This document shows, piece by piece, positions 1 through 13,552 of a stretch of DNA of 64,000 nt; the first letter of the stretch is position 1, and each line of letters opens with the position of its first letter. The DNA comes from Octopus vulgaris. Taxonomy: Eukaryota. Location: contig OX597824.1 in NCBI GenBank assembly GCA_951406725.2, positions 18,662,001-18,726,000 on the forward strand, written 5' to 3'. A program made the position numbers and the translations under genes. Below the pieces are notes generated by a model, which saw only the letters and a list, made by a program, of their open reading frames with translations, made no database searches and was not told the origin of the DNA.

Positions 1-82
1 TACCTATGTCTGTCCTTGTTTGTCTCCTCTGTGTTTAGCCCCTTGTGGGTAATAAAGAAATAGGTTCGTTTGTAAATTATAA

Positions 83-300
83 GGCGGCGAGCTGGCAGAA
101 CCGTTAGCACGCCGGGCGAAATGCGTAGCCGTATTTCGCCTGCCGTTACGTTCTGAGCTCAAATCCCGCCGCTGTCGACTTTTCCTTTTATCCTTTCGGG
201 GTCGATAAATTAAGTACCAGTTACGCACTGGGGTCGATGTAATCGACTTAATCCGTTTGTCTGTCCTTGTTTGTCTGCCCTAGTGGGTAGTAAAGAAATA
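83..300 (+). mobile_element. tRNA-derived SINE family A (central GCCTTTCATCCTTTCGGGGTCGATAAATTAAGTACC domain, Meta/MESC-like), with TSD
   Basis: A-box-like GAGCTGGCAGAA and B-box-like GAGxTCAAATxCC; more than 12 copies in the window; 19-bp TSD taggttcgtttgtaaatta at 61-79 and 299-317. The superfamily label is from memory and was not searched. Confidence 0.85.
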
Positions 301-660
301 GGTTCGTTTGTAAATTAGCCAGATTGGAAAATCGTGTTAAATTACTGCCTTTCTCTTCCTATCTCTCTCTCTCTTTCTCTCTTTCTCTCTTTCTCTCTCT
401 CTCCCTCTCCGTTCCTTTCTCTCTTTCTAGGCACACACACACACACACACACTGTAGACAATCAGAAAAAGAAAGGAAAAAACCTAATATATCAAATCCC
501 TATTTTTATGCAAATATATATGTGTTCGACATAACTCTTTGAATAACAGTTGCTGTAAATAAGCTCAATGGACAGTTAAATCAGGATAGCCGAATGATCA
601 ACACGATTGACAGATCAATCGAACATTAGTAACGTTTCAGCGGAATATATATATATATTT

Positions 661-753
<93 letters not shown>

Positions 754-958
754 TGCGTGTGTGTGTGTGTGTATGAATAAATAAATGGAGTTTAACGCAC
801 GTGTAAATCAAATATTTTTACTTTCGACACATGTTTCGAAAATTCTACTGATACTATTCAAAAGACTAAATGGTATAAACAATGCAATCTTCTCTTCTGG
901 TAACTATTTATTTATTTTTTTCCGTGTTAATTGTTAACAAGGTAAAAATACACATCTA

Positions 959-1011
<53 letters not shown>

Positions 1012-1033
1012 ATGAAAAGGAACACACGAGTTG

Positions 1034-1169
1034 ATATATATGAAAAAATAAGTCAAAATAGAAAATGCTAAAATAATTTTATAAAGAACATTTCTTTATA
1101 AAGAAATGATTGAAACCGGTACTGAAATGTTCTTCATAAAACTTATTTTAGCAGTTTCTATTTTGACTT

Positions 1170-1185
<16 letters not shown>
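1034..1185. repeat. Small foldback (~60-bp imperfect arms) between (TA)n tracts; spacer holds a hammerhead 3' half (GAAA-CCGG-TA)
   Basis: aaaaataagtcaaaatagaaaatgctaaaataa pairs with ttattttagcagtttctattttgacttatttttt. Confidence 0.7.
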
Positions 1186-1227
<42 letters not shown>

Positions 1228-1278
1228 TACATACATACATACATACATACATACATACATAGATAGATAGATAGATAC

Positions 1279-1347
<69 letters not shown>

Positions 1348-1356
1348 AAGATAGAT

Positions 1357-1880
1357 ATGTTTTTATTATGGCCACACAGAAAATAGACGAAATACAATGT
1401 AGAGTTTTTCTTTTCGAGGTGGTATGGGTGGGACACATAAAGAAAATATCCGATCAATAGGGATCGTTGGGCTGTGTTATGCACAAAAAGGGAATGACAT
1501 ATATATATATAAAGTTCCCCCAAAAAAAGTGAGGGACGATATTGTTTACAGTTTAGGTGTAGCCTTGGAAGGAAAAACCTACAAAAAAGACCAAGGTCAC
1601 CTCAGGCAGTTTAAAATGTCCATGAGAGTAAGAATCTTTCCTCTCGCTTTCTCTTTTTGTTACAGATTTAAGCTTAAAATGGTGTCGTCCTTCATACTGA
1701 CCATTTTTGCCACATTTACCCATTTTCAATTGAAACTTTCATTCGACAATACTTTCATTCTCTATTCTCATCCTCCTTTTCAAGTGGTACTTGAAAAAGT
1801 TGACGAGAGACTGACCAGAGAGGAAAGTGTTTGTTTGTAGGCCCTTCAAACGCGTCCACTACACGCATTCTTTCGCCATA
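1357..1880 (-). mobile_element. Decayed 3' end of an L1/Tx1-like LINE inside a (GATA)n array
   Basis: The minus strand reads [39 protein letters not shown]..., resembling a Tx1/L1 ORF2 C-terminus; (GATA)n on both flanks. Confidence 0.55.
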
Positions 1881-1886
1881 GATAGT

Positions 1887-1950
<64 letters not shown>

Positions 1951-1975
1951 GATAGAGAGAGAGAGATAGAGAGAG

Positions 1976-2066
<91 letters not shown>

Positions 2067-2560
2067 CAGACAGATAGACAGATAGACAGATAGATGACTG
2101 AGTTTCTTCATAGTACAAAAATAATACTGTACGAATATCATTTATTTTCTCTTCAAAAGCCTGTGACGTATCGACTGAAGGACCAAATAAACGAAACCGT
2201 AGCCCGGGTCTGTAAACTTTATTCAACTTATACATAAATAATCATACACACAAACGTGTATGTATGTGCAAAATTTAGAAGATATGTATGCACGCATACA
2301 GAAATATGTACTTATGTATAAGGCGAAGTGTAAGGACGAAAAGAGAGATACTTAGATACGTAAGTAGAGAGTGGGCAAATATCGTCTGCTCCGAGAAAAG
2401 GATAGAAACCTTTGATGGATGGATTGGTGACAGAGGGTATGTGGAGGTAGGCATGGAGATGTTGGAGCGGTAGAACGTTGGGGAGGTGGTGGTTAGGGTA
2501 TATGACAGGGGAAAGATGTGTGTACGGAATGGTGTAGAGAAAGAAAATGATGTATAATGT

Positions 2561-2600
<40 letters not shown>

Positions 2601-2785
2601 TGAGATGTATAGAGATGTGTAATGTGCATTTGTGTGGTGGTGGTGGTGGGGGGGTGGTGGTGGTGGGGGGAGCTGACGGATATGGAGGAAGACATAGACA
2701 CGCAGCGGGTTGGCTGGGTGTGATAGATCGCCGGATGAGGTGATGGGCAGAGAGAAACACAGACAAACAGAGGTAGAAATGATGA

Positions 2786-2824
<39 letters not shown>

Positions 2825-2873
2825 TGGTGGTGGTGGTGGTGTTCATTATGATGATGATGATGATAATGACGAC

Positions 2874-2912
<39 letters not shown>

Positions 2913-2976
2913 CAAATTTTGTGTACGGAGTTTTGTGTGTAGGAGGTGTAGTTGTGAGTGAGCGGTGTAGGGAATG

Positions 2977-3075
<99 letters not shown>

Positions 3076-3118
3076 TAGATAGATAGATAGATAGATATAT
3101 ATATATATATATATATAT

Positions 3119-3181
<63 letters not shown>

Positions 3182-3601
3182 CACACACGCACACACACAC
3201 ATACACACATACACAGATGTGATGGAGAAGGGCGGGCAAAGTCAGTATGCGACGAAGGGACAGTACCGTATGATAGATCTCTGGTTCGAAATGCAGCAGG
3301 GTCGGGGAGGAGGGGCGTTGGTAATTGATACGAAGAGACTTGTAATGGTAAGGGGTTATATATATATATATATATATATATGGAATAAAAAAAAAAGCAG
3401 GCAACAAAGAATGGAGTGACAGATCGATGGAGATAGTGATAAATCGATAGAGGGGTGGGGTGGGGAATAAAGTAAGAGGGATGAGGGATAGGGTGAGTGG
3501 CTAGGTGGATGTTTAGTTTAGCAAAGACACAGGACTGAGGGTGAGATGGACAGAAGGGTGATTGGTTGATAGGAAAACCTAAAGGAATATACATATATAT
3601 G

Positions 3602-3685
<84 letters not shown>

Positions 3686-3877
3686 AAAGATACAGAGAGA
3701 GAGTGGGGGGTGAGTAATAGAGGAGGCTAACAGGAATATTCTAAAGAAGGAATTGAAGAGCAAATGTGTTCACTTGAGGGTTCTTGTGTTTTGAAACTTT
3801 CTTTGAAGAAAACACACAAACACACACATCACGCACACACACACAAACACATACACACACACACACACACACTCTCA

Positions 3878-3918
<41 letters not shown>

Positions 3919-3938
3919 GAACCCTCTCTGTCATACAG

Positions 3939-3975
<37 letters not shown>

Positions 3976-4169
3976 CACACTCTCTCTCACACACACACAC
4001 ATGAACCCTCTCTGTCATACAGGCTCACACACAAACACACACACACACACACACACCAGACCCCTTTAGGGATATTTCGCTTTAATATCCTGGACATGTG
4101 TCACATGATTTACTCTACTCACTCTATTGGTCATCTGCTATTATCGTCTTTCGCACTTTCTCCATCATC

Positions 4170-4910
4170 TCCCCCCTCTCTTTCTCCCTCTCTCCTACAC
4201 ATACACACCCTGTCTTTCTCTCGCCCTCTCTCTCTCCCTCTCTCCCACACATACACACCCTGTCTTTCTCTCGCCCTCTCTCTCTCCCTCTCTCCTTCAC
4301 ATACACACCCTGTCTTTCTCCCCTTCTCTCTCTCTCCCTCTCTCCCACACATACACACCCTGTCTTTCTCTCCCCCTCTCTCTCTCCCTCTCTCCTACAC
4401 ATACACACCCTGTCTTTCTCTCCCCCTCTCTCTCTCCCTCTCTCCTACACATACACACCCTGTCTTTCTCCCCCCCTCTCTCTCTCCCTCTCTCCCACAC
4501 ATACACACCCTGTCTTTCTCCCCCCTCTCTCTCTCCCTCTCTCCCACACATACACACCCTGTCTTTCTCCCCCTCTCTCTCTCCCTCTCTCCCACACATA
4601 CACACCCTGTCTTTCTCCCCCCTCTCTCTCTCCCTCTCTCCCACACATACACACCCTGTCTTTCACTCCCCCTCTCTCTCTCCCTCTCTCCTACACATAC
4701 ACACCCTGTCTTTCTCTCCCCCTCTCTCTCTCCCTCTCTCCCACATATGCACACCCTGTCTTTCTCTCCCCCTCTCTCTCTCCCTCTCTTCTACACATAC
4801 ACACCCTGTCTTTCTCCCTCTCTCTCTCCCTCTCTCCCACACATGCACACCCTGTCTTTCTCCCCCCATCTCTCTCTCCCTCTCTCCCACACATACATGC
4901 CCTGTATTTC
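4170..4910. repeat. Minisatellite, ~50-bp unit (cacacatacacaccctgtctttctctccccctctctctctccctctctc), about 14 copies
   Basis: Direct tandem periodicity; it accounts for the 386, 314 and 275-aa ORFs. Confidence 0.95.
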
Positions 4911-5161
4911 TGCCCCTTCTCTCTCTTTCTATGTCAGTGTATGAGTCTTTTTAAGTTTTGTCCCAATGTATATGCGTGTAAGTCTACAGTCTTGAATATG
5001 TTTGTATTTTCCTCTGTTTGTGAGTATTTGTTCCCCGTTTGACTGTACGAACGAGCTTTGTGCATCATTGACGTGTTCTGCTGACCGTGTCTAGAATCAT
5101 ATATACGTCTGTGTGCGTATATCTGCATGTGTGTGTGTATGTGTGTGTGTGTCTGTCTGTC

Positions 5162-5192
<31 letters not shown>

Positions 5193-5333
5193 CAATTCAT
5201 ATGTTAACAACATAGACGCAGGATGGGGTAAGAAGCTTGCTTCTCAACCACATGGTTCCGAGTTCAGTCCCACTGAGTGACACCTTCGACAAGTGTCTTA
5301 TATATATGTATATATATATATGTATATATATAT

Positions 5334-5376
5334 CTGATGATTTCTTTTGAATGAAACAGTTCTAGTCCTGTAGAAG
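5334..5376 (+). ncRNA. Type-I hammerhead ribozyme motif lacking the 5' strand of stem I
   Basis: CTGATGA-tttc(tttt)gaat-GAAA-cag(ttctagtc)ctg-TA-gaag; starts directly at a (TA)n tract. Confidence 0.55.
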
Positions 5377-5460
5377 CTCCTTCTATAAAATAAATTAATT
5401 TACTCTGCTATGTATTGAGTACCTTATTTACTGTGGTTAACCCCGACTCAACCCGGGACC

Positions 5461-5507
<47 letters not shown>

Positions 5508-5519
5508 AGAACAATCTTA

Positions 5520-5988
5520 CTTAGAAAGGGATGCGTGCGTTCCGTCATATAATATATTAATAAATAAAACATATGCATATATATATACATATATGTACGT
5601 ACCTACCTCTACATGTATATATACACGCATATATGTGTACAGGACACCAAAAGGACGTCGAACACAATGAGAAACGAAAACATAGACACAAACCCAAGGA
5701 ACTGGACATTTTTCTTAAACAACCAAAAAATAGAGTACAGGACAAAGAGTAGATGAAACCATGGAAACTGAAAGAAGGGTTTTTTTCCTTGTGTTATTTG
5801 TCCTGTACTCTAATTTTTTGTTGTTTAAGAAAAATGTCCAGTTCCTTGGGTTTGTGTCTATGTTTTCGTTTCTCATTGTGTTCGACGTTTTTTTTTGTGT
5901 CCTGTACTCATATATGCGTGTATATATACATTTAGAGGTAGGTACGTACATATATGTATATATATATATATATATGTTTTATTTATTA

Positions 5989-5998
<10 letters not shown>
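5520..5998. mobile_element. Foldback element (~200-bp arms, ~45-bp spacer) in (TA)n; probable Penelope-like remnant (family P)
   Basis: About 5550-5745 is the reverse complement of about 5797-5998; related sequence at 52440-53040, 53790-53995, 54530-54850 and 57946-58270. Confidence 0.75.
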
Positions 5999-6069
<71 letters not shown>

Positions 6070-6342
6070 GTGTATTAGGGAATATGATTCCAAACTTACA
6101 GGGAAAAATTCAATTTAATAATACTAAATTAAATTTCACAATATATAATACATGCATATAAATTAGAGAAGGACCATCATGTAGCAATTCAACAATGATA
6201 TTCTTAAATAATACCATATAGAAAAAAATTAAAGACACGATAAAACATTTACCTAAAACTAAATAAAGTACTAAATGATAAATAAATAGTATTACACGAG
6301 TTTCAACTATTATAGTAGGCTTTATATATATATATATGCATT

Positions 6343-6498
6343 GTGTGGTAAGTAGCATGCTTACCAACCACATGGTTCCGGGTTCAGTCCCACTGCGTGG
6401 CATCTTGGGCAAGTGTCTTCTGCTATAGCCCCGGGCCGACCAATGCTTTGTGAGTGAATTTGGTAGACGGAAACTGAAAGAAGCCTGTCGTATATATG

Positions 6499-6545
<47 letters not shown>

Positions 6546-6752
6546 TTGTGTGTCTGTGTTTGTCCCCCTGGCATTGCTTGACAACCGATGCTGGTGTGTT
6601 TACGTCCCCGTCACTTAGCGGTTCGGCAAAAGTGACTGATAGAATAAGTACTGAGCTTACAAAGAATAAGTCCCGGGGTCCAGTTGCTCGATTAAAGGCG
6701 GTGCTCCAGCATGGCCGCAGTCAAATGACTGAAACAAGTAAAAGAGTAAGAG
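6343..6752 (+). mobile_element. tRNA-derived SINE family B (CORE-like GGCAxCTTGGGCAAGTGTCTT, internal (TA)n(TG)n, AAGAGTA tail)
   Basis: Near-identical to copies at 15458, 21387, 44721 and others. Confidence 0.9.
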
Positions 6753-7160
6753 TGTGTGTATGTTTGTGTTTGCCTTTCAAATTTTGGGGTTCGATATTTT
6801 AAGAACCAGTCGCGTACAAGGGTCGATATAATCAACTGGCTTCCCCCCGCAAAATTCCGGACCTTGTGCCTAGAGTGGAAATGAATATTAATTCTGTACC
6901 TACAGGGGACTAGCAGAAGCGATGAAGTTACGGACAAGATGTCTGGTGGTATTCAGATGCGTTTGAAATTTACGTTCTTAGTTTAAATCCTTGGCATGCT
7001 TTCATTTGCCTGACAACATTCAGTTAAATATTCGGGTCAATCCAATCTTCACTGATGATTGAGACTCTATGTCGCCAAAATAAAGACTCGGTGATATTAC
7101 TTCTTTGTTTTGTATGATTAGAAATAGAATTGCTGATCTTGTTGACGTTAGAATAAGACT

Positions 7161-7511
7161 GGAGGCGCAATGGCACAGTGGTTAGGGCAGCGGACTCGCG
7201 GTCATAAGATCGCGGTTTCGATTCCCAGACCGGGCGTTGTGAGTGTTTATTGAGCGAAAACATCTAAAGCTCCACGAGGCTCCGGCAGGGGATGGTGGTG
7301 ATCCCTGCTGTACTCTTTCCCCACAACTTTCTCTCACTCTTACTTCCTGTTTCTGTTGTACCTGCATTTCAAAGGGCCGGCCTTGTCACTCTCTGTGTCA
7401 CGCTGAATATCCCCGAGAACTACGTTAAGGGTACACGTGTCTGTGGAGTGCTCAGCCACTTACACGTTAATTTCACGAGCAGGCTGTTCCGTTGATTCGG
7501 ATCAACCGGAG
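7161..7511 (+). mobile_element. tRNA-derived SINE family C, young copy with TSD
   Basis: A-box TGGCACAGTGG and B-box GGTTTCGATTCC; TSD agaataagact at 7150-7160 and 7527-7537; near-identical to copies at 16760 and 44007. Confidence 0.9.
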
Positions 7512-7620
7512 TGTTAAAGAAAGAGAAGAATAAGACTAATACTTATTATCCGGCTCCGGACGATGAAAGGCAACAGTCGATCTAGGCTCATTTTAAACTC
7601 GGAATTAAGGAGTAAAAAGA

Positions 7621-8017
7621 CGGCGAGCTGGCAGAAACGTTAGCACCCCGGGCGAAATGCGTAGCCGTATTTCGCCTGCCGCTACGTTCTGAGTTCAAAT
7701 TCTGCCGCGGTCGACTTTGCCTTTCATCCTTTCGGGGTCGACAAATTAAGTACCAGTTACGCACCGGGGTCGATATAATCGACTTAATCCGTTTGTTTGT
7801 CCTTGTTTGTCCCCTTTGTGTTTAGCCCCTTGTGGGTAGTAAAGAAATAGGTATTTCGTCTGTCTTTACGTTCTGAGTTCAAATTCCGTCGAGGTCGACT
7901 TTGCTTTTTATCCTTTCGGAGTTGATAGATTAAGTAGCAGTTGGTAACTGGGGTCGATCTAATCGACTGGCCCCCTCCCGAAAAATTTCTGGACTTGTGC
8001 CTAGAGTAGAAAAGGAA
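7621..8017 (+). mobile_element. SINE family A, dimeric (tail-1 module then tail-2 module)
   Basis: Junction aaagaaata|ggtatttcgtc at 7849/7850. Confidence 0.85.
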
Positions 8018-8219
8018 TTAAGAAGTTTTAAAAAATTGGTACATTATCATCATCATTACCCTCTAACTCCATATGTACTCTTTACTCTTCGGTTTACTCT
8101 TTAAGAAATAGCAAACTTATTTCCTGGGAGAAACGTTAGCATGCCGGCGAAATGCTTAGCGGTATTTCGTGACTTTGCGTTCTGAGTTCAAATTCCGCCG
8201 AGGTCGACTTTGCCTTTCA

Positions 8220-8720
8220 TCGTACTAAGGTCTGAAAGAATTTAGAACTCGGAGCGTAAAGAGGAACGGAACGTTACTAAGCATTTTGTCCGGCATGCTA
8301 AAGATTCTTATTTCTTTATTGCCCACAAGGGGCTAAACATAGAGGAGACAAACAAGGACAGACAAAAGTATTTAGTCGATTATATCGACTCCAGTGCGTA
8401 GCTGGTACTTAATTTATCGACCCCGAAAAGATGAAGGGCAAAGTCGACTTCGGCGGAATTTGATCTCAGAACGTAGCGGCAGACAAAATACCTATTTCTT
8501 TACTACCCACAAGGGCGCTAAACACAGAGGGGACAAACAAGGACAGACAAACGGATTAAGTCGATTATATCGACCCCAGTGCGTAACTGGTACTTAATTT
8601 ATCGACCCCGAAAGGATGAAAGTGAAAGTCGACTTCGGCGGAATTTGAACTCAGAACGTAACGGCAGACGGGATACCGTTATGCATTTCGCCCGTCGTGC
8701 TAGCGATTCTGGCAGCTCAC
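8220..8720 (-). mobile_element. SINE family A multimer
   Basis: Repeated ~180-bp modules on the minus strand. Confidence 0.85.
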
Positions 8721-8722
8721 TC

Positions 8723-8783
<61 letters not shown>

Positions 8784-9007
8784 GTTTCATTATTAATAAT
8801 AGTAAATTAGCTAACTACACAGCAACATCAACAGCAAGAGAAGAGAAACTGCATCAGCACCATCCGCGCCACTATGACCATCACTAAGAACGTTATCGCC
8901 ATCACCAAGCCAGATGACAATAATTGCAATAAAAAGAGGCTGTGGGAACTGTAATTTCGTATGGGACACGTAGAAGATGGCCAGGGAGAGAGGTAGAACA
9001 GAAGGGC

Positions 9008-9095
9008 CGAGAAGGAGAAGGAGGAGGAGGAGGGGAAGAAGAAGAAGAAGAAGAAGAAGAAGAAGAAGAAGAAAAAGAAGAAGAAGAAGAAGAAA

Positions 9096-9129
<34 letters not shown>

Positions 9130-9340
9130 AGAAGAAAAAGATGGGGAGGGAGGGGGAGGAGGAAGAAGAAGAAGAAGAAGAAGAAGAAGAAGAAGAAGAA
9201 AAAGAAGAGGAGGAGGATGAGGAGGAGGAAGAAGAAGAAGAAAAAGAAGAAGAAGAAGAAGAAGAAGAAGGAGGAGGAGGAGGAGGAGGAGGAGAAGAAG
9301 AAGGAGAAGAAGAAGAAGAAGAAGAAGAAGAAGAAGAAGA
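9008..9340. repeat. (GAA)n/(GGA)n microsatellite
   Basis: Direct. Confidence 0.95.
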
Positions 9341-9854
9341 AAACAAGGGAAACCCATCGATGATGCCGTTAATATTTCAAGCTAAATCATTCTAGCAGGA
9401 GATGCCGAAAGCATAGCAAAAATGCCAAAAAATAAATAAATAAATAAATAAAAAAAGAAGGAAAAGAAGAAAGAAAAGAAAAAGAAAGAAAACAAATTCC
9501 TTGATGTTTCTGCTGTTCTGCCGCTCGTTGTCTTTTCCCTTTGCCATCAAGTAAATTGATGTTAACAACTGCTAATATAAACGGTAGATGAGGTGGTGCG
9601 CAGGAACTTTCAGCTTCGCTGGTCACTTATCACGCAGTGGATCATAGGGAAGGATTATGTCTGTGTGTGGGTGTGTGTGTGTGTGTGTGAGTGTGTGTGT
9701 GTGAGAGTGTGTGTGTGTTTGTGTGTGTGTGTGTGTTTGTGTGTGTGCGTTGGTGTGTGCATGTACATATGTCTATATATACATGTCTCTCTCTCCCTCT
9801 CTCTGTTATTCCAGATATATATATATATGCATTTGTATATGTAGACGTGTTTTG

Positions 9855-9885
<31 letters not shown>

Positions 9886-9924
9886 GTGCCTTCATGCATA
9901 TATATATATACATACGTACCTACA

Positions 9925-9969
<45 letters not shown>

Positions 9970-10150
9970 TGAGGTATATATACACAAGTATACACACACA
10001 CGCATACTTATACGCCCATACATGCATACATACATACGTACGGGCACACATACATACACGTATCTAAACGCGCACATGGGCACATATATAGCTAACTACA
10101 CACCAACACCAAGAGCAAGAAAAGAGAAGCCGATGATGATGATGATGATG

Positions 10151-10190
<40 letters not shown>

Positions 10191-10261
10191 TAATAATAAT
10201 AATAATAATAATAATGATAATAATAATGATGATAATGATAATAATAATAATAATAATAATG

Positions 10262-10296
<35 letters not shown>

Positions 10297-10753
10297 AATA
10301 ATAAGAAGAAGAAGAAGGAGAAGAAGAAGAGGAAGAAGAAGAAAAGATTACGCACACATACGTAAGTACAAGCACACACACGTATACACATGCATACTCA
10401 TGCATACATTGATACACACACACACACACACACAAAAACACACACACAGACGTATGCGTGCTTAACAAAAGGGAACCCAGATGACCACTTGCCATTTAAC
10501 CACCAACTGGCGTCAAACCATCTCTGCTACCGCAATCATTGTTCGCCAACCCCCACCCCCCAACCGCCTCTGTTCTCTCCCCCCACCCCCACCGCCCCCC
10601 CCCCCCCCCACCGCCGCCGCAAAAAAATCAGCGAACGGCGGCACCACGTCGTTTGTAATGACCATTCTCTGCCTCTGCCTGATTCTCTCTCTCTCTCTCT
10701 CTCTCTCTTCTACTCTCCGTCCACATATATATATATATACATGTGTGGATGTG

Positions 10754-10795
<42 letters not shown>

Positions 10796-11004
10796 GTTGG
10801 TGCTGCTGCTGTTGCGTTGCTGTTAACATTCGCTGTAATCGGCCGTATCAGCGAGGGTTGACAGGTCGCCTTTGTAAAGATGTAACACTGACCGACCGAT
10901 CAACTAAACAGCTAATGAACGTACTAAGCAACCACTCAAGTGACTGGCTGGAGTCATTTCACTGATAATTAGCCAGCTATGTCAATCCTTTACCGAATCT
11001 CCTA

Positions 11005-11575
<571 letters not shown>

Positions 11576-12357
11576 TATCTGCTAATTTTCTTGGCAGCTT
11601 CCAAGGGATGAATTAATAATGTATGGACTTCTGCAATCCAGAAGCTGTGGAGAGTAAATGTGATAGCTATGGTGGTAGTAGCGGCGGCGGTGATGGTGGT
11701 GGTGGTGGTGGTGGTGGTGGTGGTGGTGGTGGTGGTGGTCTGTGCTATAGGTTGTTGTTGTTGTTGTTGTCGTAGTGACGATGGTCGTTGGTAGATGCTT
11801 TTGTGACATGGCATGGTGCTTCTAGTATGCGACCAATCATGCAGTTCTGATGACAAGAGTTGTTGTTCGTCTTGTTGACAACGGTGGCGCTGGTGCTGGC
11901 GGTAATTGTAAAGTTCGCTGACGGCAGAAGTCACTAATTTTGTTGGTGTTACTAGTGGAAACTTAGTCGTTTTCATGGGAGGTTGGTTGACTGTGATATA
12001 ATTGATGTTGGTCTTCGTAAATGTTGTTATTGTTGTTGTTGCTGTTCTTAATTGTATTAGTAGTAGTAGTTGTAGTGGTAGAAGATGTTATACTGATGAG
12101 GAAGATAAAGGAGCTGTAGCAGTACTACTAATTGTGGTTGAGGTGGCGTAGAAAATTGGAGAAAAGTAAATTCGATGTTGCTCGACTCAAGTTACATGTG
12201 CAATGGAGTGAGACATGCGGCCATAATTGAAATCACACACACACACACATTCACACACATTCACACACATCCACACACAGAGACACATTCACACACAAAC
12301 ACAAGTAAATACTCAATCATATACATACAGACGTACATACAAAACAGACACATGCAT

Positions 12358-12702
12358 AGGCGTAGGAGTGGCTGTGTGGTAAGTAGCTTGCTTACCTGCC
12401 ACATGGTTCCGGGTTCAGTCCCACTGCGTGGCACTTTGGGCAAGTGTCTTCTGGTATAGCCACGGGCCGACCAAAGCCTTGTTAGTGGATTTGGTAGACG
12501 GAAACTGAAAGAAGCCCGTCGTATATATGTATGTGTGTGTGTGTGTTTGTGTCCCCAACATCGCTTGACAAGTGGTGCTGATGTGTTTACGTCCCCTAGG
12601 CTTACAAAGAATAAGTCCCGGGGTCGATTTGCTCGACTAAAGGCGGTGCTCCAGCATGGCCGCAGTTAAATGACTGAAACAAGTAAAAGAGTAAAAGAGT
12701 AA
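12358..12702 (+). mobile_element. SINE family B, followed by an inverted 3' fragment of B at ~12745-12915
   Basis: Sequence match to family B. Confidence 0.85.
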
Positions 12703-12974
12703 GCAATGTCTTTAAAACATTAAATAGATATTTTTTCTTCTTTTTTTCTTTTATTGGTTTCAGCCATTTGACTGCGGCTATGCTGCAGCACCGCCATTAG
12801 TCGAAAGAATTGAGCCCAGGACTTATTCTTTGTAAGCCTATGAGTTATTCTATAGGGCTCTTTTTGCCGCCGAACTGGTAAGTTACAGGGACGTAAACCC
12901 AACAACATCGATGTGAGCGTGTGTATCGTTGACGATTTTCTTTCTCCGTTTTCCTTTCTTTGGACTTTTTCTAA

Positions 12975-13009
12975 ATTTCTGATGAAGAGCCCCGCTCGAA
13001 ATGTGAAAT
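12975..13009 (+). ncRNA. Minimal hammerhead motif with canonical core and degenerate GUG cleavage site
   Basis: attt-CTGATGA-a-gagc(ccc)gctc-GAAA-tg-TG-aaat; diverged relative of the 13302-13512 element. Confidence 0.55.
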
Positions 13010-13103
13010 CCTCTTTCTTTTCTTTCCTTTCCTGAGCGTCCAATAATACAGTCCTTGTACCACGTCCTGGCGTTGTTTTTTCTTTCGTGTTCTTGTTTGG
13101 ATT

Positions 13104-13174
<71 letters not shown>

Positions 13175-13261
13175 CATACATACATATATTTGTACCCGTC
13201 GAAACGTATTTAGAGGACTTCATGATATAAATAGATTAACAACATCTCGAGCGTTCGTCTC

Positions 13262-13301
<40 letters not shown>

Positions 13302-13302
<1 letters not shown>

Positions 13303-13507
13303 AAATGTGACCTCGTGTGTACCGCTGGCGATTTTTTTCCTCTGTCTTCCCTTCTCTGGATCTTTCCCTCTCCTATGTTTCCGACGAAGAGCTCCGCTCG
13401 AAACGTTAAAACCTTCTTCCCTTCCTTCCTGGTCGTCCAATAATACTATATTTGTTCCACGTCCTCTTGTTGTTGTGTTTTCTCTTTGTGTTTTCATGTT
13501 TGGATTA

Positions 13508-13512
<5 letters not shown>
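13302..13512 (+). mobile_element. ~210-bp (TA)n-flanked hammerhead mini-element (family M), HHR at 13377-13412
   Basis: gttt-CCGACGA-a-gagc(tcc)gctc-GAAA-cgtt-aaaac; same ends as the copies at 35913 and 53374. Confidence 0.75.

Positions 13513-13552
<40 letters not shown>

Noticed and set aside
820-905. Possible minus-strand hammerhead (CAGAAGA...GAAAcatgtgTC)
   Set aside because: The core and stem I are both degenerate; plausible but not supportable without the family consensus.
4170-4910. CRISPR-like regular repeats
   Set aside because: No unique spacers, eukaryotic context and no cas genes.
3784-5042. Longest ORFs (386, 314 and 275 aa)
   Set aside because: All three frames are open only because a stop-free 50-bp CT/CA minisatellite is being translated.
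7164-7236. tRNA-like sequence
   Set aside because: It is a SINE head with A/B boxes, lacks a complete cloverleaf and is always attached to the SINE body.
7243-7495. Recurrent near-identical small ORFs (MFIERKHLKLHE..., MRNWYLIYRPRK..., GYSRRHLPK...)
   Set aside because: They are translations of SINE families C, A and B, not a gene family.
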